From contig JAWXCN010000152.1 of assembly GCA_034408725.1 (NCBI GenBank), positions 1 to 64,000 of the forward strand: DNA of 64,000 bases. Direction: 5' to 3'. Position numbers and translations under genes: made by a program. This document shows, in pieces, positions 47,352 to 57,158 of this stretch. The stretch comes from Candidatus Hydrogenedentota bacterium (GTDB lineage: Bacteria; Hydrogenedentota; Hydrogenedentia; Hydrogenedentales; SLHB01). The notes beneath the pieces are model-generated. The model saw only the letters and a list, made by a program, of their open reading frames with translations, was not told the origin of the DNA and ran no database searches. Position 1 is the stretch's first letter. Each line of letters starts with the position of its first letter.

Positions 47352-49733
47352 CTAAGCCGTACTGACGTTTGGCTGTTTCCTTATCAGCAGCACCAGCGAA
47401 ACTATTCCCGACACGACCAACACGGCCACCGATAGCCCGAGGCCCAGCGCGAGGCTTAACGGTTCGTATCTGAATTGGACTACGTGCGCGCCTTCAGGCA
47501 CCAGCACTCCACGCATGCAGTAGTAGGCGGGCCAGAGTTCCGTTTCCTGTCCGTCGATATATGCTTTCCAACCGGGGAACCATTGTTCAGCGAAAATCAG
47601 GGCGCAATCTTCCTTCGCTTCTACCGCGATCGTTGCGGTAAGCGTGGTGTGGTCCGTAACGTGGGCGGAGCCGAGGTCTGTATTGGATGTGCCCGGCAAT
47701 GGCGCATCAGGAGGACGTTCGGTCACAGCGGCGACTGCTGGATCGAATTCCGGCTGCATCATCGTGTCGAAGACGCCACCGGCATCCGGCGCAGTGATTA
47801 CCTTGCCGACGAGGCGCGCACGCGGCAAGGCGTTTGGATTGTCCCATAAACCCAAGTTGTCGATGATGCCGATCAGTTTCAAATTCACGGAATCAAACGT
47901 TCTGTCTTCCGGCGGGGGGATGTATTGATCAATGGCGAGTATCGGTTCGAGCTTCCCCCACTGTTGCGCGCGAATCTCTTCGTAAAAACGCGTAACCCGG
48001 TCGGGATAAATGCCGTCGTACCCCCACGCCTCTTCCACCCCATAGGGCAACAAAATGCCAAGCCGTACACTTGCGGTGAATCGGGGCCCGGTGCTGATGC
48101 AGACGCGATAGGGTTTAGGCTGATTCTGGAGATAAGTTGTCAGCCGTGTATCCGGAAATAAATGCAATCGGGATTCCACTGGCCGCATGTCGTGGCAGGC
48201 AACGAATAGATCGATGGCCAGCACGATCCAGAGCAGGTGTAGGAGTAACGCGCTTCTTTTGAAAAAGGCATGCGCGTAGAGAATTCCAATCGATACAGCC
48301 CCGAACGCCACTGCAATCACTATTTGTCTGATCACGTACTGCGACATGCCCGCCCGCGCGATGTCGCCGTATCGCCACGCATAAACCATACACGCGCCCG
48401 AGGCGATCAAAATCAACAGCCCAACAGGAAACAGGAAGTCAAGCTTCGTGCGTGGCGAACGGCTCCAATGTTCGACTCCCATGGCGGCGAGCACCGGCAG
48501 CGCAAACATGCCGAATGATATGTGGTGCATGGGCCACATGGAACTGAAGACCGGCAAATCCAGAACTGGACGGACTATGGGAACTCCATAGCCGAGTAGA
48601 AACGCGACAAGGGTTGGAACACCAAGCGCAATTCGGCGGCACCACTCTTTTCGCGTAACAGGACCGCTCGCCATCAGCGCGGCAATGGCGATCCACACCC
48701 CCATCCCCGCGTAAACGAGGCTGATGTAGTTCGAATTGTCCAAGACTTCCTGTTCAACCCAGACGTTGTCGTCTGCCGTAAAACCGTAGAATCGTGGAAT
48801 CCACATGGCAATGGAAGTGTTTTCACGAACGAACGGGCGGCGCTCAAGTCCCGCGGCGCGTTGATTGAAGGTTTCGCTATGCACGAGGTACTCGGCAAAT
48901 GGCAGCAGTTGCGCCATGCACGCGCCAATAGCAATCGCCCAGAGAATCGAGCACGCGCCGAGGGGTTTCCATAGTTTCGCGCCCCGGCGCCTGTCGAGCA
49001 GAAGCCGCAGAAAAAAATATGCGCCAACTCCAAGCGCGAACGCGAAAGAACTTTCCGGGTGACCACCGAGCAGCAGCAGCGTCGCGCCGAGGGCGCCGGT
49101 AAAAATACCGCGGCGATAACGGGCTTCAAGAATCCATTCAACGCCCAGCAAAAGCAACGGCACCCACGCGCTGACATCGGTAATGGGAAGGTACCACCAC
49201 GACATGTTGAACATGCTCAGCATCCAGCCGATGGAAACAAGGCGAGACGCCGGAATTCCAAACCCATGGCCGCGGGCAAAGATGTACGCGGTCGCTCCGC
49301 AGAGCCAAAGTTTGAGCATGTAAAAGAGGGTCGTTGCAAAATAATGTTCAAATATGCGGAACAGGAGTTTGGGCGGATACAACACCGTGCTCTGGTAATT
49401 TGCAAGCAAGGGCGCGCCGGTCATTTGAAGGTCATTCCACAGCGGCCATTCTCCCATCGAGAACGCGCGTGTCGCGAGCAGGTTGTAGTTATTGAACACG
49501 ATCAGGATTTCGGACGTGATGGAGTTCTCGGCGACCTGCCAGTCGCTGGGCGTGTACGGTTTAAACGGAAACCGCTCGTACAGGATGCTGCCGGGTACAG
49601 ACACATCGCCGCGTAAAAAGGCGCCGGGGAACAGCACGAAGACCACGAACAATAGAATCGCCGCCTGAAGGAAGTATTCGTTCCGGAGCATTGATGTTCG
49701 AGATTGCGGCATAGTCATAACACTCTGTGACAA
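47352..49733 (-). CDS. YfhO-family polytopic membrane protein (putative GT-C glycosyltransferase), paralog 1
   Basis: WPLWN...GAPLLANYQS..LYP, GGHPE, GYDGIYP.R, LPRARL and FPGWKAYIDG...RGVLVPEGAH.V.FRYEP plus a terminal TM. Confidence 0.85.
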   Translation of the reverse strand: MSQSVMTMPQSRTSMLRNEYFLQAAILLFVVFVLFPGAFLRGDVSVPGSILYERFPFKPYTPSDWQVAENSITSEILIVFNNYNLLATRAFSMGEWPLWNDLQMTGAPLLANYQSTVLYPPKLLFRIFEHYFATTLFYMLKLWLCGATAYIFARGHGFGIPASRLVSIGWMLSMFNMSWWYLPITDVSAWVPLLLLGVEWILEARYRRGIFTGALGATLLLLGGHPESSFAFALGVGAYFFLRLLLDRRRGAKLWKPLGACSILWAIAIGACMAQLLPFAEYLVHSETFNQRAAGLERRPFVRENTSIAMWIPRFYGFTADDNVWVEQEVLDNSNYISLVYAGMGVWIAIAALMASGPVTRKEWCRRIALGVPTLVAFLLGYGVPIVRPVLDLPVFSSMWPMHHISFGMFALPVLAAMGVEHWSRSPRTKLDFLFPVGLLILIASGACMVYAWRYGDIARAGMSQYVIRQIVIAVAFGAVSIGILYAHAFFKRSALLLHLLWIVLAIDLFVACHDMRPVESRLHLFPDTRLTTYLQNQPKPYRVCISTGPRFTASVRLGILLPYGVEEAWGYDGIYPDRVTRFYEEIRAQQWGKLEPILAIDQYIPPPEDRTFDSVNLKLIGIIDNLGLWDNPNALPRARLVGKVITAPDAGGVFDTMMQPEFDPAVAAVTERPPDAPLPGTSNTDLGSAHVTDHTTLTATIAVEAKEDCALIFAEQWFPGWKAYIDGQETELWPAYYCMRGVLVPEGAHVVQFRYEPLSLALGLGLSVAVLVVSGIVSLVLLIRKQPNVSTA

Positions 49734-49746
49734 GTTGCCGCGAAGT

Positions 49747-52140
49747 CTAACATGGCCTGCCTGATCGCCGGGCCGGAACCGCCAACAGCCACAGCGAACC
49801 CAACAAACACAGCGCGAGTGTTATGGAAGAAATCATGAGGCCCCAGCGGAAACTCGCCGGCTCGTAGCTGTACTCGACCGTGTGCTCTCCCGCGGGCAAG
49901 ACAATCCCGCGGAAATTTGCGTTCACTGGAAAAACTCTGGTTTCGGCGCCGTCGATATAGGCACGCCAGCCCGGAAAATAAGCGTCTTGCAACGACAATA
50001 TGCAGGGCCTGTCGCTGACTGTTTGCACGGCCACTTTGGTTGTCGCATATGTCGTCACCACGGCATTGCCATTGACGTCTGAGTCGCCGAAAGGTGCGTT
50101 TGGAACCGGGAATTCTGTGACCGCAACGCGCTCAGGATCAAACGACGGTTCACGCATTGCGTCCAGTACCGCATCGAATGAACCCACCTGTGCCAGCGTG
50201 GGCACCAGCCTTGCCCGCTTACCGGTCCTGGTGTCGCGGTAGACATCGATGTGATTAAAAGTGCCTTCTTGCGCAAAATAGGGCGGCGGCGGCGATTCAT
50301 CCGAGAAAAAATTTTCCGGATACAGTGCATATTCCGTATCCAGTAGCGGTTCGATCCGACTCCATACCCTTGGCTCTTTCGAGAGTTCGACGAACTGCAT
50401 GAACCGGTTTGGGAAAATACCGTCGTACCCCCAGAGGACTTCGAGCCCGTATGGAATCAACAACGGCGGCGGTATAACGTCCGACACTTCGGTACACCGA
50501 ACGGGACTTGGCATTCCCCGCAAGTAGTCTGTCAATTCCGTTGCGGGAAACAGCGCGTCCGGCTTCGCGGTTGGCCGCATTCCGCGCGCGGCAAGAAGCA
50601 GGTCGCATAACAGCAAAGTTACCAATGCGCTTTTCAGTATCGCGGGACGTCGAATCTGGGAATGGAGCGCGAAACAGACCAGCGCAAAGTTGGTGAATAT
50701 TCCGGCAATAGCGATCTGCCAAAATACATAGTTCGTCAACCCTGAGTATTCCGTCGAATCGGTGTCCCCAATTCGTTCAAACGACGTTATTACCGGCCAG
50801 GAAAAGAACGCTGACAATCCCACGATGCAGGCCATCAACAACAGCAGCCCGCAGGCTGGCAACACCGCGCGGGCATTTTGGGGACTGTCAAACCAGCGGT
50901 CGATTGCGATTGCGCCGAGCATGGGCAGCGCGAACATAGTAAACGCGATATGGTGAATGCCCCACATCGACGATACCAGCGGCAAATCGTGGATGAACGA
51001 CAAAAACGGGAGACGGTAACCGAACAATGCGCCGAGCGCGGCAGGAATTAACAGTGCGACGGCGCGCGAACGCATCAATGGATTCTTCGGTCCCTTGACA
51101 AGCAACATTGCAATCGCCACCCACACCACCATTCCGGGATACACCAGGCTGACGAAATGGGAATTGTCCTTGTCGTTCTGCGCGGCCCAGTAATTGCCGT
51201 CGGCGGAAAACCCGGTGAAACGCGGCACCCAATATGCAGCGATTGCAAATGGGCGCAAATATTCACTGCGCGCTTCACCGGTCGCGCGCGCCGCCAAGGT
51301 GTAGGAGTGTTGGAGATATTCCGCGAAGGGAATGATGTTGATCGCGTTGATTGCGAGCGCGATGATCCATGCCGTCAGTGCTAGGCCGAATAGCATGACG
51401 GCCCGCCTTAGCGCGAGGCGCGACATGAAGACGCGGATTAGAAAATACAATCCAACGCCCACCCCCATTACCAGCGCGGTTTCGGGATGTCCAGCAAATA
51501 TCAACAGGGTCGCGCCAAACGCGAGCGTCAAAAACCCACGGCGGAGGCGCTGCAACGCAAGCAATTCCGCTCCCAGGAATGTGATTGGCAACCAGCACGC
51601 GACATCGGTTTCGGCGTGATACGTCCACGTCATGCAATACGCGCTCAACATCCACCCGGTGGACGCAAACCTCGATGCCCACGGACTCAGGCACAGACTC
51701 CGGCAGCAATAAAACGCCGTCATGCCCATCAGCCAGAACTTCAGCAGCAGCCAAATGCTGGTGGCCTGGTGGGCGTCAAAGAAGACGTAAAGCAATCGCG
51801 CCGGATAGAACGCAAGACTCTGGTAGTTTGCGTGGAGCGGCATTCCCGTGCATTCGTATGGATTCCAGAGCGGCCATTCGCCGTTTGCCAGCGCGATTTG
51901 TTGCACGTGGGTCCAAACGGTAAATTGGAACAGGATTTCCGCGGCGGTTTGATTTGCCGGATGCTCAAACCCTTCCGGGATCGCGTCTTTCCACGGGTAC
52001 GATTGATACAAGACATAGCCGGGAAGCGCTACGTCGCCCTCGAAAAACACTTTGGGAAATAGCGCCACGACGATCAGCAAAACGAGTATGGCGTGGACCA
52101 CGTATTCGCGGATAGATATGTTGGGTTGTTTCGATGACAT
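49747..52140 (-). CDS. YfhO-family polytopic membrane protein, paralog 2
   Basis: WPLWNP...GMPLHANYQS..FYP, AGHPE, GYDGIFP.R and FPGWRAYIDG...FRGIVLPAGEH.VEYSYEP. Confidence 0.85.
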   Translation of the reverse strand: MSSKQPNISIREYVVHAILVLLIVVALFPKVFFEGDVALPGYVLYQSYPWKDAIPEGFEHPANQTAAEILFQFTVWTHVQQIALANGEWPLWNPYECTGMPLHANYQSLAFYPARLLYVFFDAHQATSIWLLLKFWLMGMTAFYCCRSLCLSPWASRFASTGWMLSAYCMTWTYHAETDVACWLPITFLGAELLALQRLRRGFLTLAFGATLLIFAGHPETALVMGVGVGLYFLIRVFMSRLALRRAVMLFGLALTAWIIALAINAINIIPFAEYLQHSYTLAARATGEARSEYLRPFAIAAYWVPRFTGFSADGNYWAAQNDKDNSHFVSLVYPGMVVWVAIAMLLVKGPKNPLMRSRAVALLIPAALGALFGYRLPFLSFIHDLPLVSSMWGIHHIAFTMFALPMLGAIAIDRWFDSPQNARAVLPACGLLLLMACIVGLSAFFSWPVITSFERIGDTDSTEYSGLTNYVFWQIAIAGIFTNFALVCFALHSQIRRPAILKSALVTLLLCDLLLAARGMRPTAKPDALFPATELTDYLRGMPSPVRCTEVSDVIPPPLLIPYGLEVLWGYDGIFPNRFMQFVELSKEPRVWSRIEPLLDTEYALYPENFFSDESPPPPYFAQEGTFNHIDVYRDTRTGKRARLVPTLAQVGSFDAVLDAMREPSFDPERVAVTEFPVPNAPFGDSDVNGNAVVTTYATTKVAVQTVSDRPCILSLQDAYFPGWRAYIDGAETRVFPVNANFRGIVLPAGEHTVEYSYEPASFRWGLMISSITLALCLLGSLWLLAVPARRSGRPC

Positions 52141-52147
52141 TGATGAT

Positions 52148-54547
52148 CTATGCCGCCCGATATTTTTTCAGCGTGATTGCGCACGCGAGGATGCAGAGCA
52201 AACAGGCCGCGCTGGATACGGCAATACCCATCTGAAAACTGGCGGGCTGGTAATAGAAATCGACTGAATGCTTACCAGCGGGAACGACCACGCCTCGAAA
52301 GGCGTGATACGCCGGGAAAATTTCAGCCGACCGGGAATCAATAGTCGCTTTCCAACCAGGAAAGAACTGGTCCGCGAGCACCAACACACTGGGTTTCGCC
52401 GCGTTGACATCAACCCGGACATGCGTCGCCGTGCGCGATACCACCGTGGCCGCGCCGGGATTGCTGGAATCTGATTGCGGCAAGGGCGTGTCCGGAGGTG
52501 AGTCGGTCGCGACCGTGCGGAGGGGGTTGAACCCAGGATCGCACATTATTTCAAACAGTTCGTTCGTATTGGGCGCAATTGTGATCGAGTTCACGAGAAA
52601 CGCGCGAGGCTGCGCCTTGGGATTACGCCAAATCTCGACAGTGTCCACTGTGGCGGCAAGTTCCAGCGGATAATCCGAAGGAAGTTCGTCGGGAAAGGGC
52701 TTTATATAGTAAGGAATCGCGCAGACCGGTTCCAGCGCATTCCAGTTCTTTTTCAAACCATCCTTATAAAAGCGGACGATGCGGCCCGGATACAGCCCTT
52801 CGTATCCCCAGGCTTCTTCGATGCCGTAGTGGACGAATCCGCCGAGGCGCAGGGACCGAACGAGTCCGATACCTTTACTCATGGAAACTCGCGTCGGCTG
52901 CGGCTGTTGTTGTAGGTAGGTTGTGAAAGGAATATCCGGGAAAAGCCATGCGCGCGGTTCGACGGGCCGCATGGACCGCGCCGCGACCAACAGGTCGCAG
53001 GCAAGCAGAAACGTCGCAAGCGCCGCAAACACGTGTTTATTTTTGATGCGAGAACGCGAAATGAATAACACGACACCGATGAGCGCGAACATGAGCGCGA
53101 TGCCAGCCTGTTTATAAACATATTCGTCCAGCGCCAATTCAGCGATTTGCACGCCGTACAGGGATAGCGCGATCCCCGAGATGACGAATACAATCACGAA
53201 TGCCACTACCGGTCCGATGAGCAGTCCCGGCCTTTTCTCATGCGCGCCCCACCACTCCACTCCAAATGCCGCCAGTACCGGCAACACAAACATGGCGAAT
53301 GCGACGTGATGTATGCCCCACATCGCGTTGAGCAGGGGCAAATCGTTCAACGCTTGGACGAGAAAGAAATCGGCGGCAAGCATCATGCCGAGAATCGCGG
53401 GAATGATCATCGCCAGACACTTCCGGCGGTTCGCCGCATCGCGGATGATCATCGACCCTGCCGCGCCGAGCGCGATCCATACCGTCACGCCGGGATAGAC
53501 GAGGCTCACGAAGTTGGAATTCTCCCACCAGTGGCGCGCGTCCCAGAAGTTGGCGTCCGCCGTAAAACCGAAGAAGCGCGGGATAAACATCGATATGACG
53601 GCGTTACCGTGCAGGAACGGCGTGCGCTCCATGCCCTCGACGCGCCCTCCGAACGTGGAACTGTTGAAGAGATACTCGAAGAACGGCACAAGCTGGCCCG
53701 CGCAGAATCCGATTGCAGTCGCCCATGCAATCGATGCGACTCCAAGCGGTTTCCACAGCGCGGGACCGCGACGCCGGTCAAACCCCAGGCGGAGAAAGAA
53801 ATACAGCCCCGCGCCAACGCCCATCACGAAGGCGGTTTCGGGATGGCCCGCGAGCAGCAGTAGCGCCGCGCCGAGGGTCATGGTGAACAGGCCCTTTCGG
53901 TAGCGCGCATCGAGCGTGTACTCGATACCCATCATCACGACGGGCAACCACGGGCTTACCTCCGACACCGGAAGGTGCCACCACGTCATGTTGAAAGCGC
54001 TGAGCATCCACCCTATCGACAAGAACCGCGACGCACCCACGCCGAGGCGCAGTGTCCGACCGTAAATGTACGCGGTGAATCCCGCAAGCCACAGTTTCAA
54101 AAGCGTGGCGATGGTGAGCGCGGTGTAGTTGTCGAAAAGCCGGTAGAGCAATCTCGGCGGGTAGAAAACCATGCTCTGGTAATTTGCGAGCAAGGGTGCG
54201 CCAGTAAGTTGCAACGGGTTCCACAACGGCCACTTTCCGGTATCTAACGCATCGTCGATGAGCAGGTTGTAATTGTTAAACACCGCGAGGACTTCTGCGA
54301 TCGATACATTGTCCGCTTTTACAAGATTCGGCGGGGTATGGCCGGCCCAGGGCGGGTACTCGTACAGTATGCTAGGCGCGGCGGGGACGCCACCAAAAAG
54401 GAACACTCCGGGGAACAGGATCACGAGAACGAAAAAAAGGATGGCGGCCTGAATTCCGCACTCGGCCCGTTGTATTGGAACGAACTTCTCGCCCACGTGA
54501 AGACCCCGGCCCAGATTGGATGGCAGATGGTATGACGGCGACCCCAA
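52148..54547 (-). CDS. YfhO-family polytopic membrane protein, paralog 3
   Basis: WPLWNP..TGAPLLANYQS..FYP, AGHPE, GYEGLYP.R and FPGWKATID...FRGVVVPAGKH.V.FYYQP. The start may be GTG 54496. Confidence 0.85.
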   Translation of the reverse strand: MGSPSYHLPSNLGRGLHVGEKFVPIQRAECGIQAAILFFVLVILFPGVFLFGGVPAAPSILYEYPPWAGHTPPNLVKADNVSIAEVLAVFNNYNLLIDDALDTGKWPLWNPLQLTGAPLLANYQSMVFYPPRLLYRLFDNYTALTIATLLKLWLAGFTAYIYGRTLRLGVGASRFLSIGWMLSAFNMTWWHLPVSEVSPWLPVVMMGIEYTLDARYRKGLFTMTLGAALLLLAGHPETAFVMGVGAGLYFFLRLGFDRRRGPALWKPLGVASIAWATAIGFCAGQLVPFFEYLFNSSTFGGRVEGMERTPFLHGNAVISMFIPRFFGFTADANFWDARHWWENSNFVSLVYPGVTVWIALGAAGSMIIRDAANRRKCLAMIIPAILGMMLAADFFLVQALNDLPLLNAMWGIHHVAFAMFVLPVLAAFGVEWWGAHEKRPGLLIGPVVAFVIVFVISGIALSLYGVQIAELALDEYVYKQAGIALMFALIGVVLFISRSRIKNKHVFAALATFLLACDLLVAARSMRPVEPRAWLFPDIPFTTYLQQQPQPTRVSMSKGIGLVRSLRLGGFVHYGIEEAWGYEGLYPGRIVRFYKDGLKKNWNALEPVCAIPYYIKPFPDELPSDYPLELAATVDTVEIWRNPKAQPRAFLVNSITIAPNTNELFEIMCDPGFNPLRTVATDSPPDTPLPQSDSSNPGAATVVSRTATHVRVDVNAAKPSVLVLADQFFPGWKATIDSRSAEIFPAYHAFRGVVVPAGKHSVDFYYQPASFQMGIAVSSAACLLCILACAITLKKYRAA

Positions 54548-54607
54548 CGCGCAGAGTATAGCAACGGAATCAGGGGCGCGGCAATGCGTTGCATCGCCTT
54601 TCCGTCA

Positions 54608-54636
54608 TTGACTTTCGCGCGCGCGGCCCGTAGACT
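54608..54636 (+). promoter_or_regulatory. Putative sigma70 promoter of the HDOD-receiver gene
   Basis: TTGACT-N17-TAGACT, 33 nt before ATG 54669. Confidence 0.6.
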
Positions 54637-54668
54637 CCGCGTGCGGTAAAAGGGGTGGCTTCAAGACC

Positions 54669-57158
54669 ATGAACGTGGCGCACACTCAACAGCAGATTCT
54701 CCGCGCGCCGCATCTGCGGGCCGCGCTCCCGGCTGCGGAAGCGGCGTTGCGCATACTCTCCGTAGGCGAACTGGATGCGTCCACGTTGGCGCTGGTGATC
54801 GGCGCGGACCCCGTGCTTACGGCGGCGATAGTTCGCGCAACCGAACCCTGCGCCGAAAATGCATCCGTTGCGCAACGCATCGCCTCCCTTTCCCCCGCGC
54901 GCCTTCAATCCGCGCTTTTTCCGATCCTTTCAGATGCCTTCACAGACGATGCGGCCATTGGCGGCGACAACACTCGCTGGAAGCGAACGCTCGCAACCGC
55001 CATCGCGGCGGAATCCATCGCGCGGGCAACCCACAGCGTGTCACCCGAACAAGCGTACCTCGCTGGTTTGATGCACCACTGTGGCGCGCATTCAACCGGC
55101 GACAATGACGTTTTGCCGGAGGCCATGAGGGCGATAGCACGGACATACCGTTTTCCAGAATGGTTGCGCGAGTGCATGTTCGAGGGCATAGCCGATACCG
55201 GCTGGCCTTCGACCCGGGAAGTGAATGGCGATCTACCGCTGATAGTACAGATCGCAAACGCTTTCGCGGCAGGCGCCTCACCGGATGATGCCGGCGATAT
55301 TGCCGGAGAATCAATCGGTGTTTCTATCGGCGCTCTTATAGCCGCGCATTCTGACTATGCCGCATCTTTCGCGCGCAGACTGTCGCTGTTTTCGTTTACG
55401 CCGGCGCCCGCGGCGGACTTGCGGGCATCGCTTATGCGGTTCGCAAACCAACTGCTCCTGAATTGGCGGGTAGACGAAGGCGCCGCGCTCAACGCCCGCG
55501 AACGCGCGGCCCAACTGGACGCCCTGTTCCAGTTCCACCAGGCTTCGAGACGCTCGGTCTCCATCGAAGAAATTACGTTGCAGTGCGCCGAAACGTTGCG
55601 AAATGCGTTGGGCGCGGACGCGGGAATGTTGAGCGTTTGGACACGGCAATGGAACGGAGCACGGGGCGTCACATGGCGCGGCCGCACGGCCCCCTTCGAG
55701 ACGTTAGCCTTACCCGAAGGATGCTCTGGCGTTCAGGCGATGCAACAAATCGTCGCCGATCCATTTTGGCAAGTGTTGGACGGCGCGCCCTGCGCGCTTC
55801 CGGTGCGTACTCCAACCAACCGCGTAACCGGATATATCGCGATCTTGATGACGGCCGGGGAATCGACCGGCTGGCTTGCGCGTCTGGACGACTGGACGCG
55901 AGCACTCGGCGCGGCCATCGAGAACGCGGAAGAACAAGAGCGTCAACGGCAAAATACTGACGCGTTACGCCGCGCTTTGCACGAAAAAAGGGAACATGCT
56001 TCCACTGAACCCGTCCCCAGCGTTGAAACCGCTCGCCCGGTTGATCGGGAAGCCGTTGTAGCAGGGCAACGCAACCTGGCGCGGGCAGTTGTAGCGGCCT
56101 TGCAATCGCCGTTGAGCGCGATCACGGCGCAGACCGGCCAATTGACATCGCAGACGGGCCGCGCGACTGATTCCGCGCTGCTCGATAATCTCGCGAAGCA
56201 CGCGCGCGGCGCGGCGCGTGTTCTCAACGATGTGCAGGCCCTGGCGCATGCCGGCAATGGTAGCCGCGACGCGGTCCTGGTAAATGCGCCGTTGCGCCAG
56301 TTTTTGAATTCAGTGCGGCCCCGGCTGGGTAGGCGGTCCATTCAACTGGAGGACCGCCTGGCCGAAGGTCTTCCGCGCGTGCCATTGGATGCGCGCAAGC
56401 TGCATCATATCCTGTTAAATCTTTTCGCGTACATTGAACCGCGGCTGGGGCCTGCTGGCCGCCACATTCTGGTGAGTTCGGAGGTGACCAGCGGGCGTGA
56501 AGGCGTATCCATCACAATCGATGTAACGGGTTTGCCATTGACCGGCGATCAGGCCGAGCACTTGTTCGATCCGCTGGAGAGGTATGACGAATCCGCTTCC
56601 GAGCACGCGCTGTTGCTTGCGGCTTGCGGGGCGATGGTACGTGAATTTGGCGGGCTCATCACCGCGTGCCCGCAGGTGTCAGGCACGATGTTCATTCTCG
56701 CGTTTGAATCGGTTTGGGGGAACTCCGCGCAAGAAGTCGAAGCGCCCGCCGCCCCGCCTGCGCAGGAAACGCGCATCGATAAGCATGAGGCAAACCGCGT
56801 ATTGGTGGTGGATGACGATGATGGTGTGCGCGAAATTCTGGCGCAGGCGCTCCGTAGATGCGGTTACGAAGCTGAACTCGCGAAAGATGGCATCGACGCT
56901 TTGCGCGCAATGGAATCGAAACCGTACGATTTGGTCTTGCTGGACATGCTGATGCCGAATCGCGATGGGCTCGCGGTGCTGCGCGAGTTGCGCGGAAAAC
57001 CGGGTGCGCCACCGGTAATTGTGATGACGGGCAGCGCTGCGTCCGGCGTTCGCGAGGAGGCGTCGGAATTGGGCGCGCACAGTTTTCTTCAGAAGCCCTT
57101 TGAATTGCGCACGCTTCTTGCCGAGGTCGAGTCGGTGCTCGTTCACCACGGCGGGTGA
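54669..57158 (+). CDS. HDOD domain + GAF-like + degenerate histidine kinase + receiver domain signalling protein
   Basis: HDOD motifs DPVLTAAIVR and AYLAGLMHHCG. Kinase-like region ALQSPLSAI / ILLNLF / LFDP lacks canonical H, N and G residues. Intact REC: VLVVDDDD, LLDMLMP, MTG, KPF. Confidence 0.8.
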   Translation: MNVAHTQQQILRAPHLRAALPAAEAALRILSVGELDASTLALVIGADPVLTAAIVRATEPCAENASVAQRIASLSPARLQSALFPILSDAFTDDAAIGGDNTRWKRTLATAIAAESIARATHSVSPEQAYLAGLMHHCGAHSTGDNDVLPEAMRAIARTYRFPEWLRECMFEGIADTGWPSTREVNGDLPLIVQIANAFAAGASPDDAGDIAGESIGVSIGALIAAHSDYAASFARRLSLFSFTPAPAADLRASLMRFANQLLLNWRVDEGAALNARERAAQLDALFQFHQASRRSVSIEEITLQCAETLRNALGADAGMLSVWTRQWNGARGVTWRGRTAPFETLALPEGCSGVQAMQQIVADPFWQVLDGAPCALPVRTPTNRVTGYIAILMTAGESTGWLARLDDWTRALGAAIENAEEQERQRQNTDALRRALHEKREHASTEPVPSVETARPVDREAVVAGQRNLARAVVAALQSPLSAITAQTGQLTSQTGRATDSALLDNLAKHARGAARVLNDVQALAHAGNGSRDAVLVNAPLRQFLNSVRPRLGRRSIQLEDRLAEGLPRVPLDARKLHHILLNLFAYIEPRLGPAGRHILVSSEVTSGREGVSITIDVTGLPLTGDQAEHLFDPLERYDESASEHALLLAACGAMVREFGGLITACPQVSGTMFILAFESVWGNSAQEVEAPAAPPAQETRIDKHEANRVLVVDDDDGVREILAQALRRCGYEAELAKDGIDALRAMESKPYDLVLLDMLMPNRDGLAVLRELRGKPGAPPVIVMTGSAASGVREEASELGAHSFLQKPFELRTLLAEVESVLVHHGG

